Assembly: GCA_964016885.1 (NCBI GenBank)
Contig: OZ024742.1
Span: 54,684,001-54,748,000, forward strand
DNA from: Eledone cirrhosa
Taxonomy: Eukaryota
DNA length: 64,000 bases
Direction of reading: 5' to 3'
This document shows positions 1-13,464 of the stretch, piece by piece. The notes under the pieces are model-generated. The model was not told where the DNA came from, searched no databases, and saw only the letters and a program-made list of their open reading frames with translations. Every line of letters starts with the position of its first letter. Positions within the stretch are counted from its first letter, which is position 1. The translations under genes were made by a program, and so were the position numbers.

Positions 1-465
1 ATGACCTCCCCTTTCCGCTTGATGGCAGTGTGAGATTTCTCATTGTGAGACTGCTGGAATTTCAAATTTGGCGGTCATACTAGTACGGAGGGGTACCATC
101 GCTGAACATTAATATCGGTAATGTTTTTTTTATATCGATATTTGTCGGGCATCCACTGATGATTTATAAGTGCCCACCTACATATATTCCTACGGACTAT
201 GTGTAGGCTTCTACATAACCAGGACATTATTGTCCCAATTTGTAGAAAACCTATAATGAAACGATCGTTTGGAAAGAGAGATGTATTTTAATTATGTCTC
301 ATATAAAATAATACAACTGGCTATCCGCAAAATACGTATAGTTAGCACCACAAACGTATAATTGGGATTATACTAAGGTATATCCTAATGTTTGTTGAGT
401 GAGACGGAAGCCGGTCGGAGCATTGCTTAAAGCTTTCTCTATTAATGTATTAAATATATATATAT
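1..465 (+). mobile_element. PLE pseudo-LTR-like repeat (copy 1), truncated by window start
   Basis: Direct, diverged homolog of 50188-50650; both end at ...TTAATGTATTAAA|(TA)n and contain a hammerhead fold. Confidence 0.65.
152..273 (+). ncRNA. Type-I hammerhead ribozyme with large branched stem II
   Basis: tcca-CTGATGA-t-ttataag...cctataa-t-GAAA-cgatcg-TT-tgga; palindromic stem III ACGATCGT. Confidence 0.7.
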
Positions 466-734
466 GGGATAACAAATTATCATTATAGGTAATCCAGTTA
501 GGGGTTGTGAGTACTCCGTATCGTGGATAGTTTTAACGTACGGCGGTGTTTGACTCAACAAGAGTTTTCCTTAGTTAGGTTGCGATATAGTTAGGCATAC
601 ATTGTATTTAAAATTGAGTGACACAACTTCAAGTGATTAGCAATTTTTAGACAACTTAATCAATGAAACAATCGTTAATACTGTAAATAAAACCCTTTTT
701 GTACTGCTGATCATGTTATTCTTCACTCTTTCAC

Positions 735-812
<78 letters not shown>

Positions 813-850
813 GAGATTACAATAATCAAAGTTCAGTTTAAGTCATTTAT

Positions 851-899
851 TTGCTTACAATTGTTTCCTCCAAACTGAGGTTTGGATTCTTCGGAGCAA
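851..899 (-). ncRNA. Minimal type-I hammerhead, U4C core variant
   Basis: Minus strand: ttgct-CCGAAGA-a-tccaaac/ctca/gtttgga-g-GAAA-caattg-TA-agcaa. Confidence 0.7.
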
Positions 900-995
900 C
901 TATTTACTGATCTATAACATACTTGACCTCCTTTTCAACCCAAGAGACACATAAAACATATGCGCATATTGATCAACATTGGGGTGACATTCATC

Positions 996-1059
<64 letters not shown>

Positions 1060-1063
<4 letters not shown>

Positions 1064-1245
1064 GTATAATAAACAACACAGTATAATTAGCTCATTACCC
1101 GAGGTTTCCTGAACAGGACGAACACCAGAGACGTCCGCATAATATTGCCTTATCTGACGAACGAATGCGGACGGCTCTTGTGTTCGTCCTGTTCAGGAAA
1201 CGTCGGGTAATGAGGTAATTATACTGTGTTGTTTATTATACATTA
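1060..1245. repeat. Inverted repeat (~80-bp arms, ~24-nt loop) abutting (TA)n; loop plus right arm contain a hammerhead-like motif (1144-1211)
   Basis: 1060-1140 is a near-perfect reverse complement of 1165-1245; CTGACGA at 1154, GAAA-CG-TC at 1197-1204. Confidence 0.8.
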
Positions 1246-1310
1246 AATATTTAGCTCTGTTACTTACATAGAGCACTCTTCATTGCTTTTAGTTTTTCCA
1301 CGGAAACTTC

Positions 1311-1311
<1 letters not shown>

Positions 1312-1377
<66 letters not shown>

Positions 1378-1390
1378 GCACACGCACACG

Positions 1391-1436
<46 letters not shown>
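1312..1436. repeat. (CA)n/(TA)n compound microsatellite
   Basis: Direct reading. Confidence 0.95.
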
Positions 1437-1438
<2 letters not shown>

Positions 1439-4297
1439 GCAAAGTGTGCTGTGAAACACATCCCCGTTCCTTCGGCACTGTCCATTTTTTACAACGCCGA
1501 CAATTCACCAACCTTACAGAACACCCTGATTGGATTACTTGATTTGCCGCGAATTACTGTAATCCATTTAAATATTTCTAACTAGTACTTATAAACAATT
1601 TGAGAATGCAATTCTTACTAATTTTCAGGCATATTCCTTGCCATGTTATATTTGATATGATATTACTTACAATGTTGTAGCAATTCAACAGTATTCCCTA
1701 TGCAGAAATGCATTCACCAGACATATTATTTGCTACAATATGTCAGTAATTTTATGCTCACTTACATTATATTGCGTATGTATTTGGTCTGCATTGTTTG
1801 AATTACTGTAAATGCATCGAATTTCAACTAGTATCAATGATGTTCAATTTGTTATGTTACTTAATGAACAGAAATTACAAAGATATTTCCAGGATCAATC
1901 TGACATATGATGTACTGTTAGGTGCCTAGTTTAACTGCCATAACATGCTTATCACTCAGAAATCATCTGCCGTAATACAAGTTGAAATAAGATAGACGGA
2001 CATATAATCAAAATGCTTATATATATGTACGGTATACAGTTGGATCTCTTTTATTACTGTCCTCAAATCTTTTAGCCCTAACAGAGTATCGTTTGTATCT
2101 CTACAGACAGAAGTGTTCCATATATTCTAGAATATTTTAATTTTAATATTCTACAAATTTAATTTATAAAGTTGTTTATACAAAAACAATACAGATTATT
2201 TAAGAGAACAAAAACGATAAATATAAGAACTACTTAAAATTGACATCTTTGCTACATTTAGGGAATGTCCTATGATTAGATGTGGTATGATTAAAATAGT
2301 ACAATACGATAATATATTGTACTAATATACTCAGAAATGTAGAAGTGTTTACAGAATGTTTAAGTCTAAGTCTAGAGCGTAGAATTCCCAGAATGTAACT
2401 GCTGTCATTAATCTTTGGAGAGCGATGAACAAACTGCTGTGTAGTAACAATTAACTTCGTTTAGATTGAACGTAGGCTAGGTTTAAATGTCCACGTTCTG
2501 CTCTGAATATATAATTTACTATCGGAAGTTATATTCGATTTTAGCTTAATTTCCTTTCTTCAAACTGACAGTTTATATATAAATATATAACGTGACAGTG
2601 AAGCAAGGTGAAATTTACTAATTTATTTATTTTCAATTCTAATTATATCCCAGCTGATTTTAATTCCAAATGATCACTAAAGAGTATACTTATCAACTCA
2701 TCTCACATAATATTTCGATTAAACTACGTACCAATTCAAATAACTCTGGAAGACAATAACATCCTCAAATACAATATATTGTCAGAAAAGGTAACTTGAA
2801 TGTTGTTCTCCATACAATTTTGATCTCTGCTTGAATCCTGTTGTACGCAATATTTTCTTTCATACTTACAAGTTATGAATTATCTGAATGACGATGATAA
2901 TTAGATAAAGGTTTATATTATACTAATACTATTGTTGTTGTATGCCCTGTATGTAAATATAACAGTATACACTAGGCGATTTCACACTGACAAATGTTCT
3001 GTGTCGGAAACAAAATTTGTAAAACAGTACAATATATTTAATTTTCTCATAAATGGCTTCCATTTTTGAAATAACAGAACAGAATTTTCTTAAAATTAAC
3101 GAGCAGGTGTCAGAATATTCGATAGATACGTGTACTAGTTTCGAAATTCATAGGGAGATTCAGTACCAGACAGTGATAAGGATTGCCGTTTGAATTACGG
3201 TTAAAGTTCACCTAACAAGCTTTCAAACGGTTTCCATCTACCAGGTTTCATTGATATGGCATATGTCAAATGGAAACTGCGGCAAATGATAGGTAACTAG
3301 GATGTCACGCGGTGGGATCGAGCACAAATCTAAATACAATGAAGCTAACATCTTAAACATTCGGGCATGCTGCGTCCAAGTGAAAAACAAAGAATATGTA
3401 TTATTCACTTCAGAATAAATCCAGCAACAACATATTTCCGTAATCAGTGCAATGTACAATGAGCTCTCTAATCAATATATCTCTTGAAATCTCTATTTAA
3501 CATGTGTTTCCGTGCTCACATTAAACGTGAGTGTATATCTTCTTTAGGAGTAGTTAACGAGTGATTAATTTAACAAAAACATTTCCAGCTGCGTTTCACT
3601 GCAGTTAATATTACTAGCCAGTCATTTTGCTAAACCTTTCTAAATTATGGACGCATCTATTTCAAACTTCTGCTGTGTAAGTGATTTCGTCATGCATGCG
3701 CATTTAATTTATTTCCAGCACACATACACGTACGCGATACAAATGTTTTACACAGTTTCGACTCTACTTCTTGTTTAATGGTGGTGTCAGTTTCTAACGA
3801 AATAGTTAAACCTTGTCCTGGAGTATTTTAGGAGATGAAAACGAAGGGCCAGAGGAAAATAATTATATAATTAAATGTTTGAGGTGATCAGTGAGGCCCA
3901 TGCAGACAAAAACGAAACCGAATAGGTGTGGTGGAGATTCGCAGGGAATGGTTGTGATTGTGAGAACCAGAGCATATACCGACGCAACAAGATTACCAAG
4001 ACAAATAATAAAAGGAAATATATCGCTAAATTACGATATATTTTGTAAAAGGTGTTCAGTAAAATGCAAACTTTTATTTGATATCTATTGCTCGTTTCAA
4101 TTTTGAAAGAGTTAATGTAGAGTTAATGTAATAAATTTGCAAATGTGATAAACCGCTCTGTAATCCATATTGCATCGCAGATAATTTGATAAATGAATTA
4201 ATGCTGTATGAACAGCATTTTGCGTCACTGAAATACGAATTTTTATTTATATTAATGATAGCTAGTTGTATAACATTCATGAGCATCCATGGTCACG

Positions 4298-4563
4298 CTT
4301 GGGGATCCAGCCGGATCAGTTGGCGACGGTTATTTCTGACAGGACCCGCTGGATGGAGTGTTTGAGGACTCTTCCCCCATGACCCTCTCAAGAAGAAGAA
4401 GAAGAAGAAGAAGAAGAAGAAGAAGAAGAAGAAGAAGAAGAAGAAGAAGAAGAAGAAGAAGAAGAAGAAGAAGAAGAAGAAGAAGAAGACGAAGAAGAAG
4501 AAGAAGAAGAAGAAGAAGAAGAAGAAGAAGAAGAAGAAGAAGAAGAAGAAGAAGAAGAAGAAG
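4298..4563 (+). mobile_element. 3' end of RTE-like LINE with (AAG)n tail
   Basis: GC-rich stub translating LGIQPDQLATVISDRTRWMECLRTLPP* (DRxxW resembles the RTE C-terminus), followed by ~175 bp of (AAG)n. Confidence 0.5.
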
Positions 4564-5355
4564 AGCTGAATGATATATAAATCTAAAATAATTGTAGTCG
4601 GCTAAAGTATCATAATAATAAGAGAACTCTGTATTATTCTCGGACAAAATTGAATTAAAACAATTAGAAATACTTACATATTCTTTGTGTGCAAGTGTAT
4701 ACAAAACACTTAATGAATTTTCAAAGAGTTTGGTTGGAAGTGTATTATACCCAGAACATCCTGAAAATATCAAATAATTGAAATGAATTAATAAATAGGG
4801 AATGGTATAAACAGTTTTACGGGTAAAATATAAACATAGGATTGTATTTATAAGTTCCTAACTAACACTTTCTCTCTATCTACTATTTATCCTATGCTAC
4901 ATGACAACCCATCCGAATATTCCCTTGGCCCAACAAAAGATATTATATCGATCATAAACAGGGTGCTACTGTTCACTGAATGCCAATTACTCCATGGTTA
5001 TCATTTCAGCAATCTACAAATCAATAAACTGATCTTCTGACTTTGGTAATATCAACCAATTCCTTTACAACAGTTTTAATGTTGAAATATAAAAGTCGCC
5101 ACATATACATGCATACGCACACAAACATGCAAATGCATAAAATACACACATACACACCGGACGTATATACTGTCAAACATTGGTAATGTATGTTACTATC
5201 AAGCAGGTATAGGCTTCAGTAGAGAACTGTTTCTTTACTATGGAAACACATCATTCTTAATATATATATACACTCCAGTTGCATTTTCGATTTCATCTTT
5301 TTTTCTTTATACTTTCACTCGTGTAGGACACCTCGGTTATTTTTCATTTTCTAAT

Positions 5356-5479
<124 letters not shown>

Positions 5480-5498
5480 ATCACATATATATAAATAT

Positions 5499-5553
<55 letters not shown>

Positions 5554-5980
5554 AATGAGAGGTATACAAATATATGTGTATACATACATATACATGTATA
5601 TATAAACATATATTTTTCACAAGTATGTGAGATTGTATGTTGTGAAAAATAGATGTTTATATATACATGTATATGTATGTATACACATATATTTGTATAC
5701 CTCTCATTATTGTCTCTAACTCCCTCACGGTAGAGTAACCACGGAAGTATAGTGACTGCTTTCAAGCAAACACTATATACACTTCTAGTCAACCTTACCA
5801 CCATTCTGTAGCCTATGTATCATATCAATATCTCCCTCCGCATTCTGAGATATTTTCACTGCTACAAGGGATTAATCCCCTTTCTTGACCGGTGTATCAC
5901 GTGATAGAGTCTCCCTCCACCTTTCTGAGATTTTATAGCATGCTACGGACGTATGTAGTTAGGGCTCTTCCCTGAGGTTA

Positions 5981-6071
5981 TCTCTTGATAAGCTGGCTTA
6001 CCTCACAACAATGTTACATATCTATGATATAACATTTTTGCATAGTGACCAGCGAAACTGTACAGTCGGGA
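5981..6071 (+). ncRNA. Type-I hammerhead, U3-A8 covariant core
   Basis: tctc-TTGATAA-gctgg...ccagc-GAAA-ctgtacag-TC-ggga; stem III palindrome ACTGTACAGT. Confidence 0.7.
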
Positions 6072-6116
6072 CTAAAGTAAAAAATAGGTATATTGTATCT
6101 ATTATTCCTTTTTATA

Positions 6117-6177
<61 letters not shown>

Positions 6178-6687
6178 TATTAACCCCGAGGACGATATGA
6201 TTCTATAAATCGATTGAATACTTCATTAACGAAAAGTGTACTTCATTCTCAATTGTCTCACACAATATATGTTATCAATTGTAAGTTCTATATTTGAATC
6301 AAATAAATGTTTCATTGTCGCTTGTTAATTATACCGCAGACTCATTACTCAATAATATCCTTACTGACCTTATTTAGTGAACTTCAACATTAATATAAAA
6401 CAGATTCAACCTATATATCTGCACTTTTCATACTACCACACCCTTTATACAATACATTTAATTCCTCGCATGCTTATACATTCACATTTCTCCCGTAGAG
6501 AAGGCCAATTGTCAGTATTCTTGGCACATACAATGTAAAACCACCAACCCTCATGTTATTTGCTTTTTGGTTTGTATCTCAACCTTCTCTCATAGATGCA
6601 TACATTTCACAAACATTGGATAGCTTCCCTTCTATTATTATCACTATGCTTCACAGCATAGAATCATGGCCCTTTGCATTCTTAGTT

Positions 6688-6795
6688 AAAATCCTGCCGA
6701 GGTTAGCTTTGCCATTCATCTTTACGGGGTCGATTTCATCAACTTACCCCTCTCCTTCGAATTGCTGGCTTTATGCCTAAAGTAGAAACAATTAT
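6688..6795 (+). mobile_element. SINE family A, 5'-truncated copy
   Basis: GCCGAGGTTAGCTTTGCCATTCATC...GGGGTCGAT...GCTGGCTTTATGCCTAAAGTAGAAACAATT matches 16985-17150 and 36397-36578. Confidence 0.7.
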
Positions 6796-7073
6796 TACAA
6801 ATTTTAATTGCGTTTATAAAATTTTATTTTTTCGAAATATTAGTTATAAAATTGAATAATATGCATAAGTTTAAATAATATATATATCATTCTATCTCAA
6901 CTTGAAATATTATATAGTTAGACAATCAATGATCGATATCAATGTCATATCTACTTTAGGCGGTATCTAGCTTATTCAATATCTATTCACTGAGTACGTT
7001 CAATATAATTTCGTAATACCAAAAATAAACCTTACATTGCATCTCCCTCTATATTAATGTTACAACACTATAT

Positions 7074-7184
<111 letters not shown>

Positions 7185-7475
7185 GACGTAAAATAAGAAA
7201 ATTTATCTCCAAATTATTTGTTGAGCAAAACTGACCAAAATTTACTGCTGTTTCATGGTTGAAGTAGACTCTTGTCATAATACCACCCCGCTCCTAGCTG
7301 ATTAACCTCGGTGTCACGTGATTGATTCTTTAGAATCTGCCACTGACCAGAGGCAGTGAAATATTTTCAGTGCTCCGGAATTTAGTCCACGCTAGCTTCA
7401 TTCCATCTACTGAATTATTATTTTTATATGGGTTCCTAGTGTCCGCGCATTGCCTGGGAACTTAGCTGAGAATAG

Positions 7476-7561
7476 ACCCCCTGATGACGTAATGAATTCT
7501 CTATAGTTATATATATTATGTAACTATATTTATCCCATTACAGAAACTAATTAGTTGGAGT
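7476..7561 (+). ncRNA. Type-I hammerhead within a pLTR-like repeat (7297-7620)
   Basis: acccc-CTGATGA-cgtaatg...cattaca-GAAA-ctaattag-TT-ggagt; diverged inverted copy of the repeat at 9028-9341. Confidence 0.65.
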
Positions 7562-9080
7562 GAACATTTTAGTAAGTAAGTTGATTTTTAAAAATGTTCT
7601 TATTTTACGTCTTTCATATAATTGTTCTGCATTCACCTGCATAGAACCACATAGGTACTAAGATATAACTTATATATCTGCTAGCATGAGTGTACATCTG
7701 TACACATATGTTGGTAGATGTACTAATTCTCTCTCTATATATATATGTATATATTGCCCAGGTTCAATCGGGGGTAACCACAGTAAGTGAGGTACTCAAT
7801 ACATAGCAGAATAAAAATATTTAATATAGAAATTGATTCTACAGTAGTCTTAAACAAACATAACGTGTCGAAATGAACATTTTGAGTGAAAAAAGAAAAG
7901 CACTTCAAATATATTAACATTATGACATTAAAGTAATGCTGGCCTTGTGCCTAAGATAGAAGCAAGTATGACATTAAAGTAATGTGTTTCGCTTTATGAA
8001 TATCTAATTTCTAGTTAGACCGGTTAATTATTGCAAAAGAAAGAACATCAATGTTCCTCCTTGTTGAACATACAATATATGTAAGAGATAAAGGTCAGTA
8101 CGGCAATCGAACTCAGTAACTTACAATAAAAAACTGATAACTTTATGAATATGTGTTATGAAAATATACATTTCATCCAGCAAATTTTCGATTATATGTT
8201 CTGTATAATCATTACACAGTGGGAAATTTGTGAACATTAACAAATATACAGATGCATTGTATTTGTGTATGTTTTGCATGACAATAAGCAATCCTATTTG
8301 CCTTTCAGCAGCATAGAGGATTTGATATTCAAATTGACAGGATGAGGATCACATGATATAAAAATCATAACTTGCAAACATATATGTTTAAACATATTTT
8401 ATTTCGTATGGACGTAAGTCTAATGTCTGTTCATCATCACGCAGGTATATATATAGGTACATAAATTCACGCACAGATACATATAGATATAAATATCTGT
8501 GTGTGTGTATGTGTGTGTGTGTGTGTGCGTGTGCGTGCGTGTGTGTGTGTGTGTGTATACAGACATGAGTTATCTATGTGTATCATTGACAGGAATGGTA
8601 TACCCAGAAAACCATATGTATATATTATTATTAGCAATCCCACGCGCGAGCGCATATATACATGCCATCAACGTATTTTATTTCATGTTGTTCTTTTTAT
8701 AACACCATTCTTATTGACGAAACCTGAACACACCGAAACATATATATATATAATCACTTGAGACGAAGGAAATAGTAGTTACATCCCCCTCAAAATGCCC
8801 CATACCCTATTGTAGGTATGGTCCAGAGAAGAGAAATAATTCTTATAGATGGACTACAGAGGGATAGCAGCTAAATCTTAGAAGCTTGCGTATCTCTATA
8901 TTCCAATATGCGAACCATTACAATAGTTCAACGCATTATATATCCCGATAAATTGTATTTCAACATGCTACAATTTACAGGACTATCTACCATAAATCAC
9001 ACTGTCACGTTATGTATATATATATATATGAGAGACGTAAAATAAGAAAATTATAAAATTAACTTACTTACTAAAACATC

Positions 9081-9163
9081 ACTTCCAACTAATTAGTTTC
9101 TGGAATGGAGTAAATATATTTTCCGAAGAAACATATCGAAAATCATTCCGTCATCAGGAAAGT
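9081..9163 (-). ncRNA. Type-I hammerhead (same family as 7476-7561)
   Basis: Minus: actttc-CTGATGA-cggaatg...cattcca-GAAA-ctaattag-TT-ggaagt; stem II covaries with the 7.5-kb copy (gtaatg/cattac vs ggaatg/cattcc). Confidence 0.7.
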
Positions 9164-9352
9164 CTTTTTCCGTGTAAGTCTCCAGGCATAGCGAGGACTC
9201 TGGAAACTTATTAAAAAAATAATTCAGTGGAAAGGAAATAGCGAAGCGTGGACTGGATTCCTAGCCATTGAGAAAGTCACTGCCTCTTCGTCTGTGGCAA
9301 ATTCAAAAAGAATCAATCACGTGACATCGAGGTCAATCAGTGGAAAGCGAAT

Positions 9353-9386
<34 letters not shown>

Positions 9387-9397
9387 ATATATATATG

Positions 9398-9430
<33 letters not shown>

Positions 9431-9441
9431 ATATATATATG

Positions 9442-9474
<33 letters not shown>

Positions 9475-9527
9475 ATATATATATGTTATATATATATATG
9501 TGTTATATATATATATATATATATATG

Positions 9528-9633
<106 letters not shown>

Positions 9634-9675
9634 AGAAAACGAAAAATCAGTGATGCATCTGGACTTAGTTTATTT

Positions 9676-9766
9676 CGTGTTACAAATGTTTCGCCGGCAT
9701 GTAGCTCGAGTCATGGTCCTTGTATGGATCTGTTTGATTCTACTTCTGCGGGTTCTTTCAGACACG
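9676..9766 (-). ncRNA. Hammerhead-like motif with 1-nt core insertion (CTGAAAGA)
   Basis: Minus: cgtgt-CTGAAAGA-...gccggc-GAAA-catttg-TA-acacg; related degenerate copy at 52834-52926. Confidence 0.45.
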
Positions 9767-10532
9767 GGTGTATTAATATTGTTATATCATTGTTTTGTTA
9801 CTGTTACCTGTTGTATACACGGACACGAGCCTGCATCTCATAATGCCTGTGTGTAATAAGCCACATGGACACACGCACCTTCTCATATACCTCCACCCTG
9901 TTTTTTTTCGTTTTTTTCTTTTTTCTTTTTTATTTTACCCGTTCCTTTATTTTACCCCTTCTTTTTCTGTACCTATTTAAGCAGTTACATACAGATTTAA
10001 GGTACCCTAAAATATTGTAAATTTATTTACCTATTTTATTTTATTATCTATTGTGCTTATTATGTTCACTAGTTTTTTTATGTGTGGACATATGTTTGTG
10101 GGTATATGTGCGTGTGTGTGTGTGTAGATGCGTATGTATGTGTATATATATATGCGTGGGTGGGTGTTGGGGTGTGTGTATGGGCATGGGTGCGTGGGTG
10201 CACGAGCCTATGCGCGCCTGTATGGGCAGACATGTGCATATATATGCATATGTGGCATACTGTGGGTGTATGTGTGTGTGGGGTGTGCGTATACGTGTGT
10301 CTATATATGAGCATATATATGTATACATATATATATATATGAATGTATATATAGTGTATTTTGCAATACACTGTATGCTTAATTAAAAACATTTCGAAGA
10401 CCTTATGCTATTGTTTTAGAGTAGTGACAGACTCACTTACTTTAATTTTATAACTGATATAAAGCACTCGACAAGTTTTTGGAGTAGATATACGATATTA
10501 ATAAATGGAAACTATATTTATAAAACCATATC

Positions 10533-10597
10533 TATTTCATTATACATATTTCAGGGATACCACATTAAATTATGGTATGCCTTCATCAGACAAAATA
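10533..10597 (-). ncRNA. Type-I hammerhead in 3' pLTR
   Basis: Minus: tattttgt-CTGATGA-aggcatacca...tggtatccct-GAAA-tatgta-TA-atgaaata. Confidence 0.8.
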
Positions 10598-12117
10598 CAA
10601 TATATAACAGTTTTACAAATAGCTTTGACGTACCCTTTAAAATGCAACCATTACTTTTGGAGGCTGTCTGGATAGTGATTTGTTGATATTATTTTAATAA
10701 GTCATAGTGTTAAGCACAATTAGAAAAAGACGCAGAGAAAGAAAGAAAGAAAGAAAACAGATGGAGAGAGAGAAAGAAAACCTGGAGAAATATCGGAGAG
10801 AGAGAGAGACAAGTATGGAGAAAAGAAAGAGAGAAAAGGGGAAGAAATAAGAAAAACAAAGGAAAGCAACTGAGAGATATCAAGTCATCATACAGATAGA
10901 AAAACTCAAGAGAGAGAAATACTATATAAAGAGAGGGGGAGGCAATGAAAACTTTACATCATGTCATATTAAATTGAGTTAACAATTTATATGAAATGAA
11001 TAATAAAAATATAAATATCAATATTCATTAATGGGACATAGATATATAATATGAGAAATTAAACATTGTTCAATAATGACTATATGTTTAGCTTAAAACC
11101 TTGAGATCAATATACCAAAATCTGAGTTAAATCGTTCAAAATGTACCCTTGGTATAGAGATCAGTATCTTATGCAAAGACATACAAATATATATATATAT
11201 ATATATACACACATACGCACGTCCTGAAAATAGAAATTATGTTTACTCAAGCCAACAATATAGCCATACAAAACGTAAATGATTTCTCTTAATCACTGCT
11301 ATACATTCCTTGTGTTATAAAAAGTTCACAGTATATATACATAAATATATACGATTAATATTCATGTCCTCATATATACGATTACCATACATGTATTTAA
11401 TATTATGTATATCTGCAACATACCTCTCATCCACATAGATATATATACATACATATATACATAAATAAATATTTGCGTGTGTCTTCCCGCATCGCTCATG
11501 CATGTATACAGACATATATACAAACACAAAAAAACCCATAACACTTTATATGCATGTTAATATACACATATGCATTTGTATAGAGATAATCACATATCAA
11601 TATTTTACTAAAGGATTATAACTTGTAAATATAAGCATAACAATATAAATCTAAAATACCAAAGGAATATATTTTGGAAATGCAACTATATCAGTATATT
11701 CAAAAGAAATCTAGAAATATCAAAGCATTAAATATCTTTAAAACACTATAGAGTATATTAAGTTAAAATAATATGTTTTATATATTTAGTATAGAGATTT
11801 ATCCTACGTATATCTCAATCAAGATATTGAAAGGGTAGACTTATGAAAGTTATGAGAAGCTATCAGAATCAAAACAAATAAATAAAAATAATTTAAAAGA
11901 TTTAAAAAATCCAATGATTCTACAGATAACCTTATATTTAGTATAGAAATTTATCTTACGTATATTTTATTTAATACATTGGAAGTATAGACATTTTGGA
12001 GTAGTTTATTATATCCATGTTTATATTTAGGAAGAAAGTTTAAAAAGAAAAAGGTGAAGGAATCTAATGATTTATCGACAGGTTTCATATATTAACTAAA
12101 TTACTTAATTAATTATA

Positions 12118-13352
12118 CTACATTTTAAATTTATATTTATATTTAAACGTTGAGTTCAACCTATGTCTGCAGCAACTGAATAAATTGTTCCTTAGATTAA
12201 GGGAATTTTTGGACTTTAATATAAAGAATATTTCTTCAATACAAGGATCACAATTTTCTGAAGAGGAATTAAAAGGAGTAGCGTTTGAAATAATATTCCA
12301 ATTCATCGAATATTTAATATTATCTCGTTTTAGGTCCCATAGTACGCTAGATAGCGAAGTTGAAGATTTTTTGTTTGGATCTGTGAAAAAATTCTTATGA
12401 TTATTGAAGCGAAATTTAAATTCTGTAGAGGTGGAACCAACATAGTTAAATGAATTTAAATTAGTTTTAACATTACAATTGTACACTATATTTTTAGCTA
12501 AGTAGTTGTTATTTAACGGACAGTTAGATTTATTTCTACAGTTACAGTTATTTAATTGAATATTGTTTGGGTTATTATTGGTATTTTGGTTAGGTTTTAA
12601 TTCCTATTATTAATTCTATTAATATTTTGTGCTAAATCTTTGGTGGACGAGTAAGTTAATTTTATAGTGTGTCTATTAAAAATTGAGTAATATTTATGTG
12701 TTCTAGGGAAGCGTTTGTCAAGAGCTTTAAAGAATAGTTTAGCAATAGGGGTTTTAATATTTAGTGAGAAAGGGGGAGCAAATCATAATATATTTCTAGT
12801 TCTATTTCTTTTTCGGCTTTTGGAATTATTGTAATGTTTTCTATTATAGTTGCTAAAGTTGTTACTGTAATTGAAATTGTTATTATTTTGGTTAGTTTGC
12901 TTATTATTATTATTATCGATGTATTTAATTTTATTTCTATATCCAGCTCTACCTAACGCTTCGTTGTAATTTTCCGCTTTTTCATCAAATATATTTTTAT
13001 TAGATGAAATTCTTGAAATTCGTTCTTGAACAGAGTTCACTATAGTATTTTCAACAGATCTGGGGTGATTAGAGTTAAAGTTGACATAATTCAAGTTCTC
13101 ATTTAGTTGTGAAATGGATAATGAAGACATGTGTTGAGATTTAGTGTTACATCAACAAAATTGACTATTCTATGGTTATTCTCTATTTCTATTTTTAGAT
13201 TAAGGTAATTAAAAAATTTTATAATTTGTTTTCTTTTTCTATTTAGTTCACAGCTATTATTTTCTATAAGGAAAAGCATGTCATCACGATATAATCCTCC
13301 GGTTACACCTGGTATTTTTCTATGTAGCGAATTAAATATAAATAGGCCCACA
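12118..13352 (-). pseudogene. PLE reverse transcriptase/GIY-YIG endonuclease, frameshifted
   Basis: ORFs 13103-13492 (PLE part only), 12783-13130 and 12118-12486 carry consecutive PLE motifs. Confidence 0.85.
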
Positions 13353-13399
13353 AGGTTTAAAGGGTACGTCAAAGCTATTTGTAAAACTGTTATATATTG

Positions 13400-13464
13400 T
13401 ATTTTGTCTGATGAAGGCATACCATTATTTAATGTGGTATCCCTGAAATATGTATAATGAAATA
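13400..13464 (+). ncRNA. Type-I hammerhead in inverted pLTR
   Basis: Same fold as 10533-10597 on the opposite strand; CTGATGA at 13408, GAAA at 13445. Confidence 0.8.

Noticed and set aside
3290-3380. Degenerate tRNA-derived SINE head on the minus strand
   Set aside because: A/B boxes too diverged and no second copy in the window to confirm
4330-4773. Poly-Arg/poly-Leu ORFs (protamine-like)
   Set aside because: Artefact of the (AAG)n tract
6186-6225. Hammerhead candidate CCGAGGA-cgat...atcg
   Set aside because: No GAAA or stem III follows
8714-8745. Hammerhead candidate TTGACGA...GAAA
   Set aside because: No stem II pairing and uncompensated U3-G8
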